Below the pieces are notes generated by a model that was not told the origin of the DNA, did no database searches, and was given only the letters and a program-made list of their open reading frames with translations. Below are positions 1-9,757 of a stretch of DNA of 16,533 nt, in pieces. The stretch covers positions 1 through 16,533 of the forward strand of contig NW_021825287.1 of assembly GCF_006345805.1 (NCBI RefSeq), given 5' to 3'. The first letter of the stretch is position 1; each line of letters opens with the position of its first letter. The position numbers and the translations under genes were made by a program. The DNA comes from Octopus sinensis (lineage: Eukaryota).

Positions 1-120
1 ATATATATAGATATATATATATATACATACACACACACACATACATATATATTATATATATATATATATATATATTATAATTATATATATATATATATAT
101 AGTATATATATACATACAGA
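1..120. repeat. (TA)n/(CA)n compound microsatellite
   Basis: Alternating TA and CA runs read directly. Confidence 0.95.
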
Positions 121-794
121 TACGGGCACACACGCACAAACAACCATTCAGGCATTCAGACATTTTAGTTAGTCAAGTTGATTCTTATAGAAAGCTGTCT
201 GTTTCATTCAAGAGAAGAAATTTTCGAAAGTAAATGACTTCTAAAAGGAGTAATTGGAAGAGATATTCTGGTGTATAAATTGGAAATAATTTTGAAAAAT
301 CGTTTTTGTAAATGCATTTGAAATATCAGTGACAGCGGCCGCAAAACACGTCTTTAAGATGTCTGGTGCTGGGACAATATATGTTTGCTAAGTATTGAAT
401 ATTCGTGTTTATGTCAATCACCCAGACCCACCCTATATCTTTATAGGATAAGGAAAGTTATCCAACAACCTTTCTTTCTTTCATTAAACTCATACATAGT
501 TACATCTACGAACGCACACACATATATAATGATTAGATAATACCCACAGAAGAGAAATGCTGAAATACACGCACAATTATATACGCACACCAATAGAAAG
601 ATTAAGCTGTGTCCATTGGTCAAAGATATTTAGATACATCCATTCGAACACGTACACAGACACACAGACTCAAAGAGACACATACACAGAAACATAAATA
701 GATAAGCCTCTATATACAGATACACATATGCACACGTATACAAATACTCGCGAGTCACACAAAGCAGAACTTAGTAATACGACAAATATAGAGT

Positions 795-897
795 GATAAA
801 ATATGTACCAAACCGATTTATGTACATGAGGTGATGTACTCAGCTGAACAGGTCAGTGGTGCACCACGATGGTTGCAGTCCAATGATTGAGCCAATA
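795..897 (+). mobile_element. Highly degenerate 3' fragment of SINE family B
   Basis: GATAAAATATGTACCA...GGTGCACCACGATGGTTGCAGTCCAATGATTGAGCCAA aligns by eye to the family B tail at 8740-8886 (GGTGCTCCAACATGACCGCCGTCTAATGACTGAAACAA). Confidence 0.55.
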
Positions 898-909
898 TCA
901 CCCACCGTG

Positions 910-975
910 ATATACATACATGTATATACACATATACACGTATACATGCATGCGTGCATACATACATACATATAT

Positions 976-1011
<36 letters not shown>
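910..1011. repeat. TA/TACA-rich microsatellite
   Basis: Seen directly; pure (TA)n at its 3' end. Confidence 0.9.
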
Positions 1012-1013
<2 letters not shown>

Positions 1014-1227
1014 TCAGGACGCCATGATAGACCGTTAGCTCCTACACGCATTTTTTTCTCTCCTTGTTTCTTTCCTTGTTTTATTCTGTGTATCTTTCTG
1101 TTGAAGAGCGTAGGCTCGAAACGTAAAAGACTTTTCTATTTCTATTTCTGAGCGCTATACTAATACATTTGTTTGGTTGTACTCCACCTGCCTTCGTCTT
1201 TTGTTTATTTTCGTAAACTCTCCCGTC
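1012..1227 (+). mobile_element. ~200-bp interspersed repeat (family H) with hammerhead-like core, possibly Penelope-like or retrozyme-like
   Basis: Second copy in inverse orientation at 14585-14770 (shared GAAGAGCGTAGGCTCGAAA, TATACTAAT, CCACCTG, CTTCGTCTTTTGTT). Flanked by (TA)n on both sides. The class assignment is inference. Confidence 0.7.
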
Positions 1228-1299
1228 ATATCTATATATATATATATATATATAATATATAATATTATATATATATATATATATAATCTATATATATAG
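1228..1299. repeat. Imperfect (TA)n microsatellite
   Basis: Seen directly. Confidence 0.9.
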
Positions 1300-1773
1300 A
1301 TAATTTATTTTAGAAGAGCTTCTACAGGACTAGACTGTTTCATTCAGAGAAATCTTCAGGAAGCTATTTAACAAGATTGTATTGGCATTTATACATTTAG
1401 GCAGGTTTAAAGGGGTGGTGGTGGGGGACTTTTTGGGGGTAGGCATAGCGCAAAAAAATCATACTTGGGGGAGTGGTCAAGGAGTCAGTGGTAATTAGAT
1501 AGTGGTAAATTAGTCAGTGGTAAATTTACCACTGACTCCTTGACCACTCCCCCAAGTATGATTTTTTTGCGCTATGCTACCCCCAAAAAGTCCCCCACCA
1601 CCGTGCCAAATGTAAATGCCAATACAATTCTTGTTAACTAGCTTCCTGAAGATTTCTCTTGAATGAAACAGTTCTAGTCCTGTAGAAGCCTCCTTCTATA
1701 TAATAAATTATTTTACTCTGCTATGTATTGAGTACCTTATTTACTGTGTTAACCCCGAATCACCCGGGGACCT

Positions 1774-1775
<2 letters not shown>
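1300..1775 (+). mobile_element. Fold-back element: inverted repeat 1300-1711 plus ~65-bp unique 3' extension; probable Penelope-like inverted pseudo-LTR remnant
   Basis: Left arm (1300-~1495) is the reverse complement of the right arm (~1526-1711). The right arm has CTGAAGA (1646-1652), GAAAC (1665-1669) and AATAAA (1702-1707). A small CCCCG/CGGGG hairpin lies at 1753-1769. The inverted repeat is certain; the Penelope call is inferred. Confidence 0.65.

Positions 1776-1777
<2 letters not shown>

Positions 1778-1838
<61 letters not shown>
1778..1838. repeat. Pure (TA)n microsatellite
   Basis: Seen directly. Confidence 0.95.
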
Positions 1839-1844
<6 letters not shown>

Positions 1845-1928
1845 GAAGTATCGAAACGTGAACTTTCCATCGCCAGCCTAACAGCCTAACCACTCGACTA
1901 CGTGTCTTTACTATTCATCTATCTATCT

Positions 1929-2633
1929 AGCGACGAAACCGTTCTGCACGCACTCGTGCAATGTCCAACCATTTCCGACCTGTGGGCTTATGTCGAACGA
2001 CTGCTGTCGTGTGTGGGACGAGTCGGTTTATCAGCCGAGTCTATCGTCAATATCGTCACGCCTCCTTCTTCCAACGGGAAGGAAGAGCTATTTTCATCAT
2101 ACTTGTGGCTATGGCGAAAGAATGTATCTGGTGGACGCGTCTGAAAGGATTGGAGACAATCACTTTCCTCTCTGGTCAATCTCTTATCAACTTCTTCAAG
2201 TACCACTTGAAAAGGAAAGTGAGAGTAGAGAGACAAGTTTTGTCTAGCGAATGTTTAAAAAAAATGGGTGAATGTAGCAAGGATGGTACATATGAGTGAC
2301 GAAGCCACCTTGAGCATAATCCTATGAACCCGGAAAAATGTAAAACAGAGAGTTACTTACTTGCAAATATATGTGTTAACATGTGACTGAGGTTACCGTG
2401 GTGTTTTCCGTAGGCTTTTCTTTCCACGGATAAATCTTATTTGCTTCACCCTTTACACTTTACATCATGACATTTCTGTGATACACGATCGTTTATTTTC
2501 TTTTCTTTTTTTTCTTTCTTTTTTCTTTTTCTCTTTCCTTTTACGATCCCTTTTGATCGAAAACCTACACCCCTTTTTTTTTCTCCCCAAAAAGAAAAGC
2601 TCTACTTTGTAATTTGTCCCGTTTGTGTGCAGC

Positions 2634-2634
<1 letters not shown>
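1929..2634 (+). mobile_element. 5'-truncated, frameshifted L1/Tx1-type non-LTR retrotransposon remnant (ORF2 C-terminus with partial CCHC zinc knuckle, plus T-rich 3' UTR)
   Basis: DETVLHALVQCP..LW (from 1932) matches the ET-x-x-H-x-x-x-x-C half of the L1/Tx1 ORF2 zinc finger. After a frameshift near 2068 it continues as ..AMAKECIWWTR... A second probable shift in the A-run near 2260 gives WVNVARM...IIL* ending at 2327. Confidence 0.8.
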
Positions 2635-2724
<90 letters not shown>

Positions 2725-2857
2725 CCAATCTATCTATCTGTTTGTCTTTCTGTCTATCTATATATATATATATCTACCAATCTATCTCTCTATCTCTCAA
2801 TCCCTATCTCTCTCTATCTCTCCATCTGTCTCTCTCTCTATCTATCTATCTAATCTA
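2635..2857. repeat. (TATC)n tetranucleotide array decaying into TC-rich repeat
   Basis: Pure TATC to ~2722, degenerate thereafter. Confidence 0.95.
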
Positions 2858-2905
2858 TAAATATGTACACATACATACAAGCATACAAACATACGTACAT
2901 CCATG

Positions 2906-3826
2906 CATACGTACATACATACTCATGTTCATAAACGATGAATTTGTGTGTGTGTGCATTTTTATAAGTATATTGTTACTTCGCTCCTTATACATATGCT
3001 TGCGTATGTGACGCTGTATCGTATATGAGTATTAATAATGGTAATATTCAAAGCCAAGGGAAAGACTCATAGATCGATAGCGAAAACCTGTGTAAACGAC
3101 TTAGGGAAACGATCCATCTTTCCTCTTAATGATATCAGAACATCTAGTAACGTTGTATCGTGCGCATCAAAGAATCTGTTAACCTATCCATATGCCTACA
3201 AAACCCATCCGAATACATATCCTTGTTGCACGCATACACGTCTATACGCACACACACACACACACATATATATATATGCGTGTATGTATACATATTTGCT
3301 TGTAAAAATGTATGTATGTATGTAATACACACACACACATATATGTATGTAAATGTACATACGTACATACATACTCATGTTCATAACGATGAATTTGTGT
3401 GTGTGTGCATTTTTATAAGTATAATGTTTACTTTCGCTCCTTATACATATCTGCGTATGTGACGCTGTATCGTATATGAGTATTATAATGGTAAATATCA
3501 AAGCCAAGGGAAGACTCATAGATCGATAGCGAAAACCTGTGTAAACGACTTAGGAAACGATCCATCTTTCCTCTTAATGATATCAGAACATCTAGTAACG
3601 TTGTATCGTGCTCATCAAAGATCTGTTAACCTATCCATATGCCTAAAACCCATCCGAATACATATCCTTGTTGCACCATACACGTCTATACGCACACACA
3701 CCCACACACACACACACACATATATATATGCGTGTATGTATACATATTTGCTTGTAAAAATGTATGTATGTATGTAATACACACACACACATATATGTAT
3801 GTAAATGTACATACGTACATACATAC
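2906..3826. repeat. Tandem duplication with 452-bp period
   Basis: Units 2906-3357 and 3358-3809. CATACGTACATACATAC occurs at 2906, 3358 and 3810. Confidence 0.92.
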
Positions 3827-4037
3827 ATATATATATATATATATGAAGCATATGTATATATAGTATATATGCATATATACATACGTACACACACATATAT
3901 AGTACATATGAATATATACATATGTATATATATTCATATATACATATATATATATATAATATACATACATATATATATATATATATACATATTTATTGAT
4001 ATTATATCTAACATGTATATATGCAATATAATACATC

Positions 4038-4090
<53 letters not shown>

Positions 4091-4295
4091 GCACACACAC
4101 ACCATAATATATATCATGTGTATATATTCATATACATTCATACATACATACGCAAACACACCACATATATAGTATATAGATGCATGCGTATATATATAAG
4201 TATAGATAAATGCACGTCTATCTCCACACCCATATATACGCACATAAACACACACACACAAACACACACACACACTCACATGCACACACACACAT
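3827..4295. repeat. TA/CA low-complexity tract
   Basis: Seen directly. Confidence 0.9.
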
Positions 4296-4448
4296 GTGCT
4301 TGCGTGTATTTGTGATTTTGTATTTAGATGTGTTTATGTTGCATGTTCGTGTGGTTTGGTTCCTAAAAATGATGAATTAATGAAACACAGCCGTGTGGTG
4401 CCATTTCTGGTCTGGCTAAAACGCAACACAGAAAATACTAAACACAGT

Positions 4449-5241
4449 GCACACACACACACACCACACACACACACACCACACACCACACACACACACA
4501 CACACACACCACACATACACACACACACATTCACACACACACACACACACTCACACACACACACTCACACATATACACACACACATACTCACACATACAT
4601 ACACACACACACTCACACATACACACACACACTCACACATACACTCACACATACACACACACTCACATATATACACACATACACACACACACTCACACAT
4701 ACACACACACACACTCACACACACACACTCACACACACACACACACACACACTCACACATACACACACACACTCAGACACACACACACACTCACACACAC
4801 TCACACATACACAACACTCACACATACACACACACACACCCACACACACACACACACACACTCACACATACACACACACACATTCACACACACCACACAC
4901 TCACACACCACACACTCACACATACACACACACATACTCACACATACATACACCCACACACTCACACATACACACCCACACTCACCCATACACTCACACA
5001 TACAACAACACACTCACATATATACACACATACACACACACACTCACACATACACACCACACTCACACTACACTCACACATACACACACCTCACATATAT
5101 ACACACATACACACACACACTCACACATACACACACACACACTCACACACACCACACTCACACACACACACACACACTCACACATACACACACACACTCA
5201 GACACACACACACACTCACACACACTCACACATACACACAC

Positions 5242-5273
<32 letters not shown>

Positions 5274-5341
5274 CACACACTCACACACACACACATACAC
5301 ACACACACACGCCGCGACCACATACACAACACACACAAACA
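4449..5341. repeat. ~0.9-kb degenerate (CA)n array with recurring CTCACACATA(CA)n sub-unit
   Basis: Seen directly; source of the His/Thr and Cys/Val pseudo-ORFs. Confidence 0.95.
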
Positions 5342-5568
5342 CATCGTATATACAGTTTCTTGTACTTTGTATACGGCTTACTGTGAAGCTGGATTATATC
5401 CGGAAGAAATGAGACGTCGATTTAAATAAATAACCGTATGATGTATAGAGCGAGTACGATGAACTGATTTCTCTTATAGACAGACTTTCATAAAAGTTTT
5501 CTTTGTATCTCTGAATTAGTCCATCATAGTGACTATATCAATTGACAGAAGTCAACCTATTCTACATC

Positions 5569-5615
5569 TTGTTGCAGTTTTTGTTGTTGCTATTGTTGTT
5601 GTTGTTGTTGTTGTT
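5569..5615. repeat. Imperfect (TTG)n microsatellite
   Basis: Seen directly. Confidence 0.85.
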
Positions 5616-5968
5616 TATTGTGGTGGTTAACTGCACTTTGACAGCGATCGAATAGCTCCATGATGAAAAGCATTCTAGCGATCATTTTTCTCCCCTCTTT
5701 TGCTTTCCATTCCAAGCAACAACTTAGCGTTATCGAATATCTTCTTCCTTTATCAAGTCTGAAGAATACAATTTAAATGGCGATGTCGTTGCTATTTCTT
5801 GCAAGTCGTCCTGTCTAGATTAACATGTTTTGTTTAGAGTTGACGATTGCACGTGTGTTGAAGTATTCGCCTTTAATCAATTGAATTTGTTTCCGCTAAT
5901 CTTTTTTTTCTTTTTTCAATACACCTTTTTATGCCGATCCAAAATTAATGAAAGAGAAACTCGATCTG

Positions 5969-6750
5969 TTTATTGTAGCCAACGAAGGACTGCGTAGCCT
6001 TGTTTGTCTCGTGCGGATATGTTTAACACTAGGTTGAACCTGCTGAAGAAAATCAAACCTTGTGAGTTCTCTATGACTCGCTAAAAGATGATTAGAAACC
6101 AATTGGTCCAGGAAACTAGATGTTATTCCTGTCGAATTTTATCCCGAATTTTTTGTGGTTATAGAACTTAGCTGTTCTTTCTAGCGCGTAGAATCCCTAT
6201 AAGTGGATTCTCTACGTGTTTAAATATACACTATATCGTATGACTAATATATAGTCTTTTTGACTAAAATTTTTTTACGCGTTAGATCACTGGAAATGTA
6301 AATCTTAATTGAATTTTTTAAATTTTAATTAAATTCCATTTCCCTTTGATATGATTAAATACTGTAAGGTTTGGATAATTTTCGATTAAAAGTTGGCGGT
6401 TTTTTATTGTAGCCAACGAAGGACTGCGTCTGCGCAGTAAATTTGAAAAGTTTGTTGGTATGAACACGAGACAGGTAGCCTTGTTTGTCTCGTGTGGATA
6501 TGTTTAACACCAGGTTGGACCTGCTGAAGAAAATCAAGCCTTGTGAGTTCTCCATGACTCGCTAAAAGATGATTAGAAACCAATTGGTCCAGGAAACTAG
6601 ATGGTAAATGTTTTTCATTTCCAAATTTATTCCTGTTGAATTTTATCCCGAATTTTTTGTGGTTATAGAACTTAGCTGTTCTTTCTAGCGCGTAGAATCT
6701 CTATAAGTGGATTCTCTATGTGTTTAAATATACACTATATCGTATGACTA
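5969..6750. repeat. Direct duplication: copy 1 at 5969-6246, copy 2 at 6403-6750, 156-bp spacer
   Basis: Both begin TTTATTGTAGCCAACGAAGGACTGCGT and end ACTATATCGTATGACTA. Copy 2 has extra 47-bp and 23-bp segments. Confidence 0.92.
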
Positions 6751-6870
6751 TATATATAAATAAGGATAATATCGATATTTAAATACCGATCTTATCATGT
6801 GGCCAGCATGGGAATAAAAAACTTCAAAGGTAATAATTATTATTAAAATTATAATTTTAATAATATTTAA

Positions 6871-6988
6871 ATCTAAGAGATACCACCACGCTGAAATAGC
6901 AGTCAAAACGTGACTCTAAAACCACATTAAATGTGGTTTCAGAGTCACGTTTTGACTGCTATTTCCCGCGTGGAGGCATCTCTTAGAT
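6871..6988. repeat. 118-bp near-perfect palindrome (MITE-like hairpin element)
   Basis: ATCTAAGAGAT...GAAATAGCAGTCAAAACGTGACTCT.AAACCACAT-taa-ATGTGGTTT.AGAGTCACGTTTTGACTGCTATTTC...ATCTCTTAGAT. Confidence 0.85.
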
Positions 6989-6998
6989 ACCCTAAATT

Positions 6999-7052
6999 AA
7001 TATTATATATATATATATATAATATATATATATATAATATATATATATATAT
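6999..7052. repeat. Imperfect (TA)n microsatellite
   Basis: Seen directly. Confidence 0.9.
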
Positions 7053-7926
7053 GAATGAAAGGTATGAATACTTATCAACAAAAATATCTATAATCTACCT
7101 AAAAATGGCATTGATATATTTTTTTTCTAATACAAGGAATGTATATTTTCTCGGGCAGCTAATATATTTTTAAAAAAAGAAATATGTTATATATTGATTA
7201 ATATTACATTGAAAATAAAAACAATTTATAATATTTTATGGCTCACGTGATGCCGAAATATTCTTAAAACATTTAAATCAAGTGTATAAATGAATGCCAT
7301 ATGCATTCAAGCATACCCAACCATACACCGACAATTATAAACACATACCCGTATATTATTATTATTTATTGATGTAAGATCTGTGTATATGTATATTTGA
7401 TTAAAATTGTTCTATTAAATTTTAAAATAAATTAGAGAAACACATATAAATAGGTTTTGGTTAATAATGCAATATCAAAACCCGTTTCGAGTTCACTGGA
7501 TTTAAAATCCAATATTCAGTAATTTTGACATCTGTTTTTGACGCTAATATTGAAATTAAACGATCCTATATCACATGTTTCCATATTTGGAAATTTAATA
7601 TGAATCGATATGTAATATATATCCATTTACTAAAGTGGGTAATTTTTGCTTGCTTGTAAAAAAGAAAAACAAAAAAATTATTAGGAAAATAGAATCTAGA
7701 AGACAACATTGGTTAGAAATCAAGAGATTATATGGCAAATTTGAGATGAATCCGTTGGTAAAATTAAGGGTTAAGAAGTGTCTTTGCAATGTTCTTTTCA
7801 AACCCGTTTATTTTCCGTCAAGGGCTTATATCATGCGACAATAAGAGACTATCTTCTTTAGTTAATTCAGGGTGATCGCTTATAAGCATTAAACTTAAAA
7901 TATAATAATATTTTACATAATATACT

Positions 7927-7966
7927 GTATATATATATATGTGTCTGCGTGTATATATATATATAG

Positions 7967-8003
<37 letters not shown>

Positions 8004-8053
8004 ATAGTTGTGTGTGTGTGTGGTGTGTGTGTGTGTATGTGTGTGTGTGTGTT
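7927..8053. repeat. (TA)n followed by (TG)n microsatellite
   Basis: Seen directly. Confidence 0.9.
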
Positions 8054-8467
8054 TGCTGCTTTCTTCCAATGAATCTAATGCTCTTAGCTTAGTTTTTTTC
8101 CTTGGGGCTGGCCAGATTGGAGCAATCTCGAGTATAATCAGCCGAAATTGCGAAAATAATCTGGTACGCGACTGAGGAAAGAAAACTTCGAATGACGACG
8201 AGAATGCACCCAGAAACCGCCGACTGGTCTACTGGTCTTACTATATTGGAGTGAGAGTGGTTCGCCCCCTTACTTTGAATAATACAGACACAGGTCACAG
8301 GTTGGTGTGTTGTAAGCCAGCGGGAAAAGATGTTCTCTCGGGGTTAAAATGTAACAACATTTGTTCTGCATGGAACAACCACGTAAAAGTGGAAATAAAT
8401 GTGAATGTTTAGTACTATTACTATATGAATCGCTTTCAGAGATTTTAAAACCAGCTACTTTAGGTTG

Positions 8468-8498
8468 TTATATATATATATAGCTTGTCATATATATA

Positions 8499-8542
<44 letters not shown>

Positions 8543-8553
8543 ATAATATATAG

Positions 8554-8584
<31 letters not shown>

Positions 8585-8736
8585 TATATATATATAATAC
8601 ATATGTATATTTATATATATTCATATATATATATAATATATATATATATGTATATTTCTGTATTCATATATATATAATATATATATATAAGTATATGTGT
8701 ATATATATATATATGTGTGTGTATGTATGTATGTAT
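8468..8736. repeat. Long imperfect (TA)n ending in (TG)/(TATG)n
   Basis: Seen directly. Confidence 0.9.
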
Positions 8737-8739
8737 GAA

Positions 8740-8886
8740 ATAGCGTTTCTCCAAAAGGCATCGACAGAATAAGTACCTGGCTTTTAAAGCAATTAAGTAC
8801 AATTAAGTACAGAGGTCGATACATTCGATTGAAAACCCATTCATGGCGGTGCTCCAACATGACCGCCGTCTAATGACTGAAACAAG
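8740..8886 (+). mobile_element. SINE family B, 3' portion
   Basis: AGAATAAGTACC...GGTCGATACATTCGA...GGCGGTGCTCCAACATGACCGCCGTCTAATGACTGAAACA is the reverse complement of the start of the 11004 and 15308 copies. Contains a 10-bp internal duplication, CAATTAAGTA x2. Confidence 0.8.
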
Positions 8887-9757
8887 CGTGAGACAAAAAA
8901 TGGAAAAGATATAAGGACTTAAAGAAACAGGCAACAAAAAGAAATGGCGACAAAATCAGGAAATGCTAAGATAATAACAGGTAGGCAGTGTTACTGTAAA
9001 AGTAATTTAATACAAAAAAGAAGAAGCATAAAGTAACAAAATAACAATGACGGTTTCAAAGACGTATCATCGTCTTTTCTATCTACGTGATCACAAGAAA
9101 TGCGAATGATATATATATTATGCGCTTTTATTAATTGCTTCAGGTAATGCAAGGAAATATCAAGGTTAACTCGTTAGAATTGATTATTGATATAGGTCAA
9201 ACGGTAATTATACATAATCTATCCTATGTATGTATACCATTAACAATATACCTTTTTCGTTGTTGTTTTTTCCAGTTCTTTCAAATATAAACAAGAATAG
9301 TTACGATGTAACGAGATATCTTAGATCTGTTCGTAAAGTATTTATCGTAATATCTTGCAGCTGGCAAACTCTATTTTTTCTTTCTTCTTATAAATCTTAA
9401 CCTTTTCAAGTTGTAAAAACAGCTGCCAGGAGAATCACTTTCCAAAACAACAAAAAAGAAGTTACGGATAAACCTGCTCAGTATTGAGAAAAAAATATTG
9501 GAAAAAAATCAACAACAACGACAAAATCTTTTACCAACACTTGCATGATAGCAAACGCTGCATTTCTTCGATTCTGAGAGTGAAAACTTACACCTAGGCC
9601 TGTTATTGTTGATAAACGATGAATCCCAATTTCCCAGAGCTTCTAGATTTTGTTATTTGTTACTTCCGTTGTCAACATTCTGTATTTAATCTATTCGTTT
9701 TTTCCGGCTGTCTTTTGTCTTACCCCAGATTGCTCTTAAATTAGTGAAACAACATTA

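Noticed and set aside
1412-1471. G-quadruplex candidate
   Set aside because: The fourth G-run is about 27 nt away and the segment would compete with the long fold-back pairing.
2614-4315. YLSI-, IY- and CV-repeat ORFs
   Set aside because: Products of TATC, TA and TG microsatellites.
4296-5429. 377-aa and 321-aa His/Thr-rich ORFs
   Set aside because: Translation of the (CA)n array, which cannot contain stop codons; no coding signal.
5616-5810. Possible old interspersed repeat next to (TTG)n
   Set aside because: Only a vague recalled resemblance and no second copy in the window to support it.
8165-8200. CTGAGGA-AAG-aaaa-CTT-CGAA hammerhead-like string
   Set aside because: GAAA box incomplete, no helix I pairing found and only one copy in the window.
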